Numbered from the stretch's first letter, positions 12,553 to 25,262 are shown. The stretch: DNA of 56,898 bases from Octopus bimaculoides (GCF_001194135.2 NC_068995.1:41082208-41139105); one strand, 5' to 3'. Notes: generated by a model not told the origin, from the letters alone. Made by a program: numbers and translations.

Positions 12553-12805
12553 GCAGGCGCGTGGCTTAGTGGTTAGGGTGTCAGCATCATGATCGTAAGA
12601 TTGTGGTTTCGATTCCTGGACCGGGCGACGCGTTGTGTTTTTGAGCAAAGTACTTCATTTCACGTTGCTCCAGTCCACTCAGCGAGCAAAAATGAATAAC
12701 GCTGTGATGGACTGGCATCCCGTCCAGCTGGGGAACACATACGTAATTGAAACCGGGAAACCGGGCCCATGAGCCTGGCTAGGATTTTAAAGGGCGCATT
12801 TATTT
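12553..12805 (+). mobile_element. tRNA-derived SINE with D-type head and a different 3' body
   Basis: A box GTGGCTTAGTGGTTAGG, B box GGTTTCGATTCCTG; body TTTCACGTTGCTCCAGTCCACTCAGC followed by TGATGGACTGGCATCCCGTCCAG. Confidence 0.8.
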
Positions 12806-12849
12806 TAATTTTTATATTCAAATATTGAATAGATTCCTCTCTTGCCGGA

Positions 12850-13030
12850 AGTTATTAGTGACTATCACTTCCGCCTACCTTTCTACTCTTCTGGGTATTC
12901 TATACTGATGAAGAAGGTATTAAACAGTGCAGGAGTTAGTATGCATCCATGCCTACCTACCGTTTTAACACCGATGTTTCAGATTTCTGCTCTGCATACA
13001 TTCAAGCCGTCATTTCTCTGTGGGATTTGA
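12850..13030 (-). pseudogene. LINE RT fragment
   Basis: Minus: GVKTVGRHGCILTPALFNTFF, resembling the RT motif GVRQGCILSPLLFN. Confidence 0.55.
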
Positions 13031-14369
13031 GGAGCAAACATCTACATTTCGACATCAAACAGAAAATATTAGGATGAGCAAGCCTTCAAGTGCTAAGTTA
13101 GAAACTACGTTGCTAAAAATATCCCGAAAGATAATATAATTAAAAACCAACCCAGTTATCAATTTATTAGCACAAATAGCAAATTTGTCGAAGAACTAAA
13201 TAATGGCCGACGGTAAATTAGGAATAAACGAAACGATACTTTTGTTTGCGTACTATGCAGCCTGTAGAACTCACTGAAATACCAGTTTCGGTTAGAATGT
13301 ATTTTCGTTGATTGCTGTCTACTTATATCAATGAAATATTTACTTTGTCTGCATACAATGTTTCTATAGGACTTCATTCCAATTTATTGTTGTTCGCTGT
13401 TTGTTTTATCCCTTTTTTGTTTTAGTTTTTAACCGATATATTTGCGTTGTCATCGTGTAACAGTATTTGCTGATAACAATGTATGGCGTCTCTTTTCGGT
13501 CCGAGCAAATTAAATTTATTGTCTTTTATGATTCTACTGCTTGTGATTTCCATACTTGATTCTTATTGGATTTACATGGACAAAATCATGTTTTCTCATC
13601 AAAATTATATTCATTAAATCTTTGAGGAAAATATGTTATAATTGTTTATTTTCTTACAAAATATCATTGCGAATTAGAGATACATCTCATGATACATCTC
13701 ACGTCTTATACGCCAGAAAATAACTGACATAACTGTACGTTCTGAGTTCAAATTACAACTGGATTGACCTTACTTTTCATCCTTCCAGGGTAGATATAAT
13801 TAGTACCAGGCAGGTACTGTGAATCGATTATTGTTGTTGTCGTTGTTCTTGTTTGCTGTTAGTTTCGTCCGGGGATCGTTAGCGGTTCTCCTGCTCCATT
13901 GCCATTCTTTGCCGCGGAGTCGGAGAATACACAAGTNNNNNNNNNNNNNNNNNNNNNNNNNNNNNNNNNNNNNNNNNNNNNNNNNNNNNNNNNNNNNNNN
14001 NNNNNNNNNNNNNNNNNNNNNNNNNNNNNNNNNNNNNNNNNNNNNNNNNNNNNNNNNNNNNNNNNNNNNNNNNNNNNNNNNNNNNNNNNNNNNNNNNNNN
14101 NNNNNNNNNNNNNNNNNNNNNNNNNNNNNNNNNNNNNNNNNNNNNNNNNNNNNNNNNNNNNNNNNNNNNNNNNNNNNNNNNNNNNNNNNNNNNNNNNNNN
14201 NNNNNNNNNNNNNNNNNNNNNNNNNNNNNNNNNNNNNNNNNNNNNNNNNNNNNNNNNNNNNNNNNNNNNNNNNNNNNNNNNNNNNNNNNNNNNNNNNNNN
14301 NNNNNNNNNNNNNNNNNNNNNNNNNNNNNNNNNNNNNNNNNNNNNNNNNNNNNNNNNNNNNNNNNNNNN

Positions 14370-14640
14370 GATTCCGCTGCTGCTGCTACCGCTGCCGCTG
14401 CTGCCACCGCTTCCGCCGCTGCTGCCAGCGCTGCTGGCCCTACTGTTGCCGCTACCGCTGGCCCTGCTGCTGCCGCTGCTGCTGCCGGCCCCGCTGCTAC
14501 AGCCGCTGCCGCCACTGCCACCTCTGCAGCCACTGCCGCTGATTCCGCCGCCGCTGTTGTTGCTACTGCTGCTGTTGCAGCTGCCGCTACCACCGTGGCC
14601 GCCATCAAAGACCAACACCACCGCCATCACCCTCACCATC
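14370..14640. repeat. GC-rich (GCT/GCC)n trinucleotide low-complexity tract
   Basis: Direct reading; abuts a 433-N gap. Confidence 0.9.
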
Positions 14641-15134
14641 AACCTCTACCGTCACAAATACTACAATCTGTTATACAATAATCTTTTACCTATCCCCAGC
14701 TGAGTTTCATCATATGACGTGAGATCAGTTTTGTGTTACAGTCATTATCTGTTTTTTTCCCCTCATGTTCTCCCTCCATCTATGGTGGTTGTTATTTCTC
14801 TTTTGTTTCAGTTTTAATTGTTTTAATGCAGACGACACACAGCAACAGAATTCTAGCATTTACAGCACAAACCACTCCTCTTCCCTGCTATTTATTTTAT
14901 CGACCTCAACCCCACCACCTGGTATTAGAAATCCATTCAGATCCAACATGTTTTATTGGAATATCGTATCGATCTCTCTACTTGAATGGAAAATTGCTTT
15001 ATCGACCTCGGAAAGATGAAAGGCGTAGTTGAGCTTGGCGGGATTTGAACACGGAACGTGAAGGAGTGTAATTAAATACTCCCGACATTTTGTCTGATGT
15101 TTTAATGGTTCTGCTAATCAATTTCCCTCGTTTT

Positions 15135-15569
15135 ATACATACATACATACATACATACATACATACATACATACATACACAAACACATACATAATACATA
15201 CATACATATATACATACTTAAATGCATCCATACATACATACACATGTACATACATGTGTATAAGTGTACACGCTCACACGCATATATATGTATATATGTA
15301 TATATCTATGTAAATACACGCACACACACATATATGTATATATATACATATATATATATATATACATAAATACATACATACATAAAGACATGCATACATA
15401 CATGCATACAAACATGCATACATACATATACATGCATACATACATATATATATATATACTGTCATGCATACATACATGCATACATACATGCGTACGTACA
15501 TACATACATACATACATACATTCATACGTACATATATACATTACATGCATACACACATGCATGCATTCA

Positions 15570-15601
<32 letters not shown>

Positions 15602-15682
15602 CATATTACATGCATACACACATGCATTCACACATACATTCATACATACATACATATATACATACATACATACATACATACA
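15135..15682. repeat. Long compound (TACA)n/(TA)n/(CA)n microsatellite
   Basis: Direct reading. Confidence 0.95.
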
Positions 15683-15689
15683 ATCCCTG

Positions 15690-15900
15690 AAGCAGTGATG
15701 ATGTTGGCCAGTCGAGAAGATGGTAATGCTAAAGCCATTTCAGTCTCCATGGAACTTCTGATGCTACATCGTTGTTTTTGGTTCCAATTCTACCAAATTC
15801 GACTTTAAAAATCATTCCTTCGGGGGTTGATTTAAGTGTTGATAACATATTGGATGTCCACCCACCAATGAACTAACAAGAACATAATAAACACTCGTAC
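15690..15900 (-). pseudogene. Possible decayed LINE AP-endonuclease N-terminus
   Basis: Minus: FIGGWTSNML..EFGR..VASEVPW then GFSITIFSTGQHH, resembling IGTWNVRTM..EL.R..LSEVRW..GYTILYSG..H. Confidence 0.3.
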
Positions 15901-16734
15901 AATATTCATAAAAGTGCAATGACACATTAGATGATATACTCCATGGTAGACAGTGTCAAGAAGGCCCCCGTACTGTATATTTGCTTGGAATCGAAACTAA
16001 ATCGTAAAATCAGGAACTTCTTGCTTTCTCCCATTCTCCTCGACGTTCACCTCACGAAATGGATATCATGGAATTAATTTCAATATTCGCTGTTGTTATT
16101 ATAACCCTAGGTCAGTCCTGATCAAGTAATGGATTATAAGGAATTGTCGGCCGTGTGTCTGCTTCCACCCGTGACTATCACTTTCACTCACGCACACACA
16201 AATACTTGAACATACACACACATACTTGTAAGATCGCGAATTCAATTCCCGGACTGGGCTGCGCGTTGTATCCTTGAGCAAGTCACTTCGTTTGTCGTTG
16301 GTCCAACCGACTCAGCTAAAACGAGTTCGAACCCGGGACTGGAGAGCCCTCTTTCCTTGTAGCTCTCAAACTCCGACTGATTCGCAAGATGGAACTCCTA
16401 TTGGGCTGTATGTGACTTGTCACGGCTAAACAGGCTCTAAAAACAATTAACGAACGCAAGATATAGATTATAAAGTCACACATACTACAAGGGTAGAGAG
16501 ATGCTAGACATATGCGCGAGTGTATGTGTGTATATGTGAGCGTGTACGCGTGTACCTCTGTGGGGATAAGAATAATCCAGGAAATTGCCTCATCAGCAGT
16601 TCATGTAGAAATCTGGCTCCTTCGGTTATTGGGATACTAGCGTAGTATTCCAATAACCGAAGGAAGATTAGTTATGTTCCAAATGAATGATAAATCGTGC
16701 GAATCGAAGGTATCCTCCAGTAGACATTTTATGA

Positions 16735-18172
16735 CCATCGGGGACCCCCTTCGGTCACGAATGACCATGGGATTGCACCTAGAAAGTTACTCTCCGAGGC
16801 ACAAGTCCGGGCAAGGTTGTTTATGGAAGATCAGTAGTTGCCCGTGCATACCGGTCTCCCCTCTCCACGCCACCGATGTCATCCAAGGGAAAGGCAAAGG
16901 GGCCAATACAGCTTGGCACCAGTGACGTCGCAACTCATTTTTACAGCTGAGTTAACTGGAGCAACGTGAAATAAAGTGTCTTGCTCAAGAACACAACACG
17001 CAGCCCAGTCAGGGATTCGAATTCACAACNNNNNNNNNNNNNNNNNNNNNNNNNNNNNNNNNNNNNNNNNNNNNNNNNNNNNNNNNNNNNNNNNNNNNNN
17101 NNNNNNNNNNNNNNNNNNNNNNNNNNNNNNNNNNNNNNNNNNNNNNNNNNNNNNNNNNNNNNNNNNNNNNNNNNNNNNNNNNNNNNNNNNNNNNNNNNNN
17201 NNNNNNNNNNNNNNNNNNNNNNNNNNNNNNNNNNNNNNNNNNNNNNNNNNNNNNNNNNNNNNNNNNNNNNNNNNNNNNNNNNNNNNNNNNNNNNNNNNNN
17301 NNNNNNNNNNNNNNNNNNNNNNNNNNNNNNNNNNNNNNNNNNNNNNNNNNNNNNNNNNNNNNNNNNNNNNNNNNNNNNNNNNNNNNNNNNNNNNNNNNNN
17401 NNNNNNNNNNNNNNNNNNNNNNNNNNNNNNNNNNNNNNNNNNNNNNNNNNNNNNNNNNNNNNNNNNNNNNNNNNNNNNNNNNNNNNNNNNNNNNNNNNNN
17501 NNNNNNNNNNNNNNNNNNNNNNNNNNNNNNNNNNNNNNNNNNNNNNNNNNNNNNNNNNNNNNNNNNNNNNNNNNNNNNNNNNNNNNNNNNNNNNNNNNNN
17601 NNNNNNNNNNNNNNNNNNNNNNNNNNNNNNNNNNNNNNNNNNNNNNNNNNNNNNNNNNNNNNNNNNNNNNNNNNNNNNNNNNNNNNNNNNNNNNNNNNNN
17701 NNNNNNNNNNNNNNNNNNNNNNNNNNNNNNNNNNNNNNNNNNNNNNNNNNNNNNNNNNNNNNNNNNNNNNNNNNNNNNNNNNNNNNNNNNNNNNNNNNNN
17801 NNNNNNNNNNNNNNNNNNNNNNNNNNNNNNNNNNNNNNNNNNNNNNNNNNNNNNNNNNNNNNNNNNNNNNNNNNNNNNNNNNNNNNNNNNNNNNNNNNNN
17901 NNNNNNNNNNNNNNNNNNNNNNNNNNNNNNNNNNNNNNNNNNNNNNNNNNNNNNNNNNNNNNNNNNNNNNNNNNNNNNNNNNNNNNNNNNNNNNNNNCTA
18001 ACCATTGAGCCATGCGCCGTCACAAGTTCGACGCTCTAACCATTGAGCCATGCGCCGTCACAAGTTCGACGCTCTAACCATTGAGCCATGCGCCGTCACA
18101 AGTTCGACGCTCTAACCATTGAGCCATGCGACTTCACAAGTTCAACGCTCTAACCACTGAGCCATGCGCCTT
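16735..18172 (-). mobile_element. SINE family D, full length, with its A-box unit tandemly amplified across a 968-N gap
   Basis: Body 16735-17029 (B box GAATTCGAATCCC; TGTGTTCTTGAGCAAGACAC; ACTGGTGCCAAGCTG); head repeats at 17998-18170. Confidence 0.8.
17998..18170 (-). repeat. 38-bp tandem repeat derived from the SINE D 5' end / A box, 4.5 visible units
   Basis: Unit CTAACCATTGAGCCATGCGCCGTCACAAGTTCGACGCT starts at 17998, 18036, 18074, 18112 and 18150. Confidence 0.95.
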
Positions 18173-18499
18173 CTCCGTATGACCATACAGAGTGAATTAT
18201 AATTAATTAATTAAGGAAAAGAGAAGTGAAATCGATGTTGTGAACGTTTCCGTAAGATTATTGCATATTACTTACAGTGTTATGCAATATAAGTGACATA
18301 TGTAATAATATTGTTCATTCACTTTGTCTGACATCACGATTTCAATCACAATCAACTTATTTTAAATTGATTGTGATTCAAATCAAGATGTCTGAGGAAG
18401 TGGAATGACAATAATCCTTTCTACTATAGGCACAAGGTCTGAAACTTTCGGGGAGGGCAGTGATCGATTACATCGACCTCGGTACTCAGCTGATACTTA

Positions 18500-18806
18500 G
18501 GCGCAGGAGTGGCTGGGTGGTAAGTAGCTTGCTTACCAACCACATGGTTCCGGGTTCAGTCTCACTGCGTGGCACCTTGGGCAAGTGTCTTCTACTATAG
18601 GCTCGGGCCGACCAAAGCCTTGTGAGTGAATTTGGTAGACGGAAACTGAAAGAAGCCCGTCGTATATATGTATATATATGTTTGTGTGTCTGTGCTTGTC
18701 CCCCCCCCGCCATCGCTTGACAACCGATGCTGGTGTGTTTACGTCCCCGTAACTTAGCGGTTCGACAAAAAGAGACCGATAGAATAAGTACTAGGCTTAC
18801 AAAGAA
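18500..18806 (+). mobile_element. SINE A (runs into gap)
   Basis: GGCGCAGGAGTGGCTGGGTGGTAAG A box, GGTTCAGTCTC B box, internal TA/TG tract, 3' domain. Confidence 0.9.
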
Positions 18807-19292
18807 NNNNNNNNNNNNNNNNNNNNNNNNNNNNNNNNNNNNNNNNNNNNNNNNNNNNNNNNNNNNNNNNNNNNNNNNNNNNNNNNNNNNNNNNNNNNNN
18901 NNNNNNNNNNNNNNNNNNNNNNNNNNNNNNNNNNNNNNNNNNNNNNNNNNNNNNNNNNNNNNNNNNNNNNNNNNNNNNNNNNNNNNNNNNNNNNNNNNNN
19001 NNNNNNNNNNNNNNNNNNNNNNNNNNNNNNNNNNNNNNNNNNNNNNNNNNNNNNNNNNNNNNNNNNNNNNNNNNNNNNNNNNNNNNNNNNNNNNNNNNNN
19101 NNNNNNNNNNNNNNNNNNNNNNNNNNNNNNNNNNNNNNNNNNNNNNNNNNNNNNNNNNNNNNNNNNNNNNNNNNNNNNNNNNNNNNNNNNNNNNNNNNNN
19201 NNNNNNNNNNNNNNNNNNNNNNNNNNNNNNNNNNNNNNNNNNNNNNNNNNNNNNNNNNNNNNNNNNNNNNNNNNNNNNNNNNNNNNNNNNNN

Positions 19293-19655
19293 AAATTCCG
19301 CTGAGGTCGACTTTGCCTTTCACCCTTTAGGGGTCGATAAATTAAGTACCAGTTACGCACTGGGGTCGATGCAATCGACTTAACCACTTTGTCTGTACTT
19401 GTTTGTCCCCTCTATGTTTAGTCCCCTGTGGGTAATAAAGAAATAAGAAACGTTAGCACGCCGGGCGAAATGCTTGGCGGTACTTCGTCTGTCTTTACGT
19501 TCTGAGTTCAAATTCCGCCGAGGCCGACTTTGCCTTTCATCCTTTCAGGGTCGATAAATTAACTACCAGTTGCGTACTAGGGTCGATCTAATCGACTGCC
19601 CCTCTCCCACCTCCCCCCAAAAATTTCGGGCCTTGTCCCTTCAATAGAAAAGAAT
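19293..19655 (+). mobile_element. Dimeric SINE C
   Basis: Two C units joined by AAAGAAATAAGAAACGTTAGCACGCCGGGC; same junction at about 34215. Confidence 0.8.
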
Positions 19656-19667
19656 TAATAATATAAC

Positions 19668-19730
19668 ATGAGGGTGCTGAAAAGTTCCTAGCTTTAAATG
19701 TATCACGAAAGGGTAGAGTTGTTACCTTTA
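19668..19730 (+). mobile_element. Mariner-type TIR fragment
   Basis: GAGGGTGCTGAAAAGTTCCTAGCTTT matches the reverse complement of the TIR at 23872-23903. Confidence 0.5.
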
Positions 19731-20009
19731 CAGGGGAGGTAGTATAACTCTTTAGGAGAAGACTATATAGCTTAAGGAGTATATATATATATATATATAT
19801 AAGGAGAGAGAAGATAAGGAGTCGTATAAACCAGGTAAGTGGTTGGTGTATGATAATTTATGTGTGTGGATCACCCAGCTAAGTGTTACTCGCTCTATCA
19901 GATTTCTCCACTACATTTAGCACTCTCTCTCTCACCTCATCTCTCTCTTATCCACGCGTGCGCGCGTGTGTGTGTTGTATGTATGCGTATGTGTGTGTGN
20001 NNNNNNNNN

Positions 20010-20047
<38 letters not shown>

Positions 20048-20180
20048 GTGTGCGTTTGTCTGCTAGTGATATTGACAAACATTTCGTAGATGTTGCACGT
20101 GACTACCTGACAACCCAACACTATTAAACTGTGCAAAAGTAATTGCGTGGGTTGAAATTAGTGAGTGTATGTGTGTGTTC

Positions 20181-20223
<43 letters not shown>

Positions 20224-20224
20224 T

Positions 20225-20263
<39 letters not shown>

Positions 20264-20754
20264 ATATATATATATGTATGTATGTGTGCATGTATATTTA
20301 TAAATTCATATATAAGCTTGTATGTATATGGGCGTGTTGCGTAGAGTGAGAATGAGCTAGAAAGTGTAAAAATAGATTTATATACATAAGAAGCAGAGGN
20401 NNNNNNNNNNNNNNNNNNNNNNNNNNNNNNNNNNNNNNNNNNNNNNNNNNNNNNNNNNNNNNNNNNNNNNNNNNNNNNNNNNNNNNNNNNNNNNNNNNNN
20501 NNNNNNNATAAATGTAGCGGAGAACCTTGATAGAGCGGGTAGCAGTAATCAGCTGGGCAATCCACATACAGGTGAATAATCATACATCAACCACTTACCT
20601 GGTTTACACCGATCGTCCTTAAACTGTCTCACTACACACACACACACACACGCGCACGCACGCACACACACACACACACACACAAATTTGCGTGTGAGTG
20701 TATTTGTGTGTTTGTGTACGTATAACCATATAAAAGCAGAAACGTAGAATCCTC

Positions 20755-20900
20755 TACCTGGTTGCTCGAGATCCTCGAAACAGCAGCTAAATTCCTCTCA
20801 AATTACAAACCAACTCCCAGATAATGTGGCATTGAGGGACTTACTTGTACATAAGAAAATGACGGGATGGTCGCCGATGGAACAACTTTGATTATGCATT
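20755..20900 (+). mobile_element. Dispersed repeat family E fragment (others at about 22520-22790, 27030-27104, 36360-36503, 43640-43690)
   Basis: Shared motifs GAAA(C/T)AGCAGC(T/C)AAAT, GGATGGTCA(T/C)G.CTGG and GGTCTGCT.GA.CAGG..GACCTGG.GCTAAACAAC with (AAC)n tail. Confidence 0.6.
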
Positions 20901-21078
20901 TACTTCGTCATACATATCCTCCGCTTAAATAACCACAATAAACATATTTACGGTTATTTTAAAATAAATGTAACACACACACCTATTAAGAAGAGATACA
21001 AACATGTATCCCCCTATCTTCTTCCTTCCCTCACACATATATTCAAACACTGCATTGGTGATTACACACATACATACT

Positions 21079-21116
<38 letters not shown>

Positions 21117-21811
21117 CATATACACACACTATGCACATACACGCAACTCAGGCCAACACGACCGGACCTCCCCGCCCTCCACTAAAAAAGGAATCATATG
21201 CGTATACAAGAAAACGTAGAAACAACTTGTTAGACATAACAGCTAAATCTCACTCAAATTGTACATTCACCATCTTAAATCAAGAACGACATTCTGTACA
21301 ATGTACTCCCCCACACGCACACACACACACATACATACATAGATGTATATATATGCATTCAATTAGAGGTTAAAATAGCCTCATTAAGAGATAGTAGTAA
21401 TTAATCGTTTAAGCTTAATTGAAACAGCTGTAAGAGAATATGTTGGATTTTTTGCAGATAATAAATTATATTGAATGCTATATCCCCATATTCTTAATTT
21501 TCTTGTATATGTATATATATATATATATATATATGCTATGAAATAATAAAAAAAATTATTACTTTCCATGATGAAGGCTGCGAAACAGCTGTCATCTCAC
21601 AGATATCAACTGGTGAAATAAATACATTCATCTCTCAAAGCTCCCGACTTTCTTTATGTTTTGTTGTACTCCTCGTGAAATAATTTCATTGATTAGATCC
21701 ACTGGATTTCAGCTGCATTTGACTTTCATTATACTCCTCCTTGTTAGATCACTATGTAGTATATAAGTCTTGTAAGTAGATTGGTAGAGGGAAACTGAAG
21801 GAAGCCCGTCG

Positions 21812-21850
<39 letters not shown>

Positions 21851-23251
21851 TTGTGTATATATATATGTATATATATATATATATATANNNNNNNNNNNNN
21901 NNNNNNNNNNNNNNNNNNNNNNNNNNNNNNNNNNNNNNNNNNNNNNNNNNNNNNNNNNNNNNNNNNNNNNNNNNNNNNNNNNNNNNNNNNNNNNNNNNNN
22001 NNNNNNNNNNNNNNNNNATACACATACATACATATATATTCCTCTTTTCGATGTTGTTATTACGCTGTTTCGCATGTTACATATACATACATACATACAC
22101 ACATACATACATACATACACACATACACATATACATACATGCATACATACATATATATTGATAGATATACGATTTACGGACTCTTAGACGACTTACACAT
22201 AAATATATATACCTGTAGATATATATATGTGTGTGTGTGTGTATGTATATACGTATATATGTATACACAAAAAGGAGGGTTTGTCATGGTTGGTTACAGA
22301 TCTGCTCGATGACGGTTGTTCTGAGGTCAGACAATAGCAGCAACAACAATAACATCCCCTTATATACATATATAAACTACGCACAAATCTAGCCACCCGG
22401 TTAAACACACACGTACAAAAACCGTGTACATGACATAACGATATTAACCACCCGATTCACCTGGGTAGTGACCCGCAAAGGTACCAACACACACACACAC
22501 TCACACACACAATCATACATACACGTAATTACAAATGTTGTTTAGCCCCAGGTCGCACTGACTAAGCAGACTTATAAGCAAATGTTTCCCAGCCATGACC
22601 ATCCCCTCTAATTTTTTCTTTTCTTCGTTTTCTTATATATGGTACAGTATATCTACGATTACCATTATCCACTTTGTTCTTAATTCAAGACAATGATACC
22701 ATCCGAATTGAAGATAATATGGCTGCTATTTTTAGCAGCTTTAGCGACCAGCTACAGGTTGCTTCGGAGGCTCCGTCGACTCACAAATGTTTTTAACCTG
22801 GGTGCGTTACAAATGCTGTAGGTGTTACGTATTGTGTGCGCGTGCGTGTGTGTGCGTTTGTGTGTGTATTTATGTGTTTGTGTATGTGTGTGTGTGTATG
22901 AGAGAGAGAGAGAGAGTATTTAACTGAACAACCGACAAACGAAAGGCTTAAAAACTGAAGTCTTTATACTAATTATCGAACGATAATCAAAACGACATAC
23001 GTTAAATATTGTAAACAAGACTGTTATCTGACAACACACACACACACATCTTTTTCTTTTCTTCTTTTTCACGTTCTTCGGAGTTCAAATCTCGTTGTGG
23101 TCGACATTGTATTTTTTGTTCGTCCGGGGTTTCGATGCCAAGTAAGGTAAATAGTCCAATGTCAGATGTGAAACCCAAACTCCCGTATGAAAAGGATCAA
23201 TAAGCAGTTTAGAAACCAATGCCAAATTCATACATACATACATACATACAT

Positions 23252-23300
<49 letters not shown>

Positions 23301-23720
23301 TGCTCTTTTACTGGTTTCAGTCATTTGGCTGCGACCATACTGCAGCACCGTCTTGAAGGGTTTTAGTCGAACAAATCGATCCCAGGACTTTTTAATACCC
23401 AGTAGTTATTCTATCCGACACATTTTGCCGAACCGCTATGTTACGGGGACGTAAACATACCAACACCGGTTGTCAAGCGTTGATGGGACACACTTACGCA
23501 CACACATACTCACACACACACACACACATGCGCATATGTATGTATGTATGTATGTATGTATATACGAAAGGCTTCTTTCAGTTTTCGTCTACCAAACCCA
23601 CTCACAAGGCTTCGGTTGGCCCAAGGCTACAATAGAATACACTTGCCCAAGGTGCAACGCAGTGGGTCTGAACCCGGTACTATATGTGGTCGGGAAGAAA
23701 GCTTATTAGCACACAGCCAC
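23301..23720 (-). mobile_element. SINE A, near full length
   Basis: 3' domain, internal CA/TATG tract and 5' domain in minus orientation. Confidence 0.85.
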
Positions 23721-23734
23721 CGCGAAAAGACCTG

Positions 23735-23903
23735 GTCGGTGGCCCAACCTTCCGAGTTCTTTTACAGGGCTTAGAAAAACTGAAGGACCACTGCAGTAAT
23801 TGTGTGAAACTGAGAGGGGAATAAGTTGAATAAAATCATAATTAACTGCTCGTCCTGTAGTTTCTTTTACCCAAAGCCAGAAACTTTTCAGCACTCTCTC
23901 GTG
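23735..23903 (+). mobile_element. Mariner right end: transposase C-terminus plus TIR
   Basis: WSVAQPSEFFY/GLEKLKDHCSNCVKLRGE*VE* (one frameshift), then TIR AAAGCCAGAAACTTTTCAGCACTCTCTCGTG followed by TA. Confidence 0.75.
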
Positions 23904-24143
23904 TATACTATATACATACATACATACATATACGCAGACACACATTCATCTAGTACATACGATCCTATTTAGTTAGTATATAAGTGTGCTGGAGCATATG
24001 TGAATCAAACTTATTTCAGAGATAAATTGACTGTTTTCGTCTGTTATTCTTTTAAAATAACTTTTATATTATTTTGACTGTGGGTGGTGGAGAAAGAGAG
24101 AGTGAAGAAGAAAGGTAGAGATAAATAAATAAATATATAGAAA

Positions 24144-24144
24144 G

Positions 24145-24182
<38 letters not shown>

Positions 24183-24195
24183 CAGAGATAGACAG

Positions 24196-24246
<51 letters not shown>

Positions 24247-24257
24247 CAGAGATAGAA

Positions 24258-24356
<99 letters not shown>

Positions 24357-24410
24357 TAGATAGATAGATAGATAGATAAAGAGAAAGAGAGAGAGAAAGA
24401 AAGAGAGAGC
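24144..24410. repeat. (GATA)n compound microsatellite
   Basis: Direct reading. Confidence 0.95.
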
Positions 24411-25159
24411 AAGGTCATTATTAATTGTAGGATAAAGTTTGTCCCATTAAAACAGAAACGAAGAGAAGAGAATTTAGTGAAGGGAGGTGTGGTCGACACC
24501 ATTGAACTTTCTCGGTATTAAAAACTGATGTGCCTGTCTGTCTATTAGTCTGTCTGCTTGCCTCTCTCTCTGTCTATCTATTTTTCTATCTATCTGTCTA
24601 CCTACACACATGTGTGTAAGTGTGTATGTACGTTTATGTGTGTATATTTTATGTATATCTGTAAGAGTGAGCAGAGGGAGAGAGAGAGTGAACAACAAAT
24701 GATCTAGTTAACTACCTAGCTGAGAGAGAGAGAGAGAGAGAGAGAGGGAAAGCGAGAGGTAGAGACTAAGAAAAGAGGAAAAGAGAGAGGGAGTACTATT
24801 GTAACGGAGTACGAATATATGTTGTTATATATATATAATGTATGGTGGTGGTGTGTGTGTGTCTGTGTGTGTCTGTGTGTGTGTGTGTGCAGTGTGGCGG
24901 AACGTGTGAATGTGATTATGCGTGCGAGTGTGTCTGTGTAGGTTAATGTTAGATCGTAGAGTTGACTGCCGATGGAAGTGGTTTACAATTTAAACTCAGG
25001 TGAAATGTCTACGAGGAGGGGGGCGAATTTAAACATCAGAACAAGAGGAACTTTATTTTACCGTTTTCGAAGGTAAGTGACCGACATTCGCATCTATTAT
25101 TAATACAGCTGATAAATGCTACTATTACAACTACTACTAAACACCAAAAACAAATACGT

Positions 25160-25218
<59 letters not shown>

Positions 25219-25262
25219 GCTACTACCACTACTACTGCTACTACTACTACGACTACTGCCAC
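25160..25262. repeat. (TAC)n microsatellite
   Basis: Direct reading. Confidence 0.95.

Noticed and set aside
14370-14640. Poly-Ala / Gly-Ser / Pro-Leu ORFs
   Set aside because: Trinucleotide low-complexity tract open in several frames on both strands; no splice or domain support.
16585-16600. CTGATGAGGC on the minus strand
   Set aside because: No stem II partner or GAAA box downstream.
20122-20147. Hsmar1/Made1-like TIR (TGCAAAAGTAATTGCG)
   Set aside because: Single degenerate end with no partner TIR or transposase sequence; not enough to call an element.
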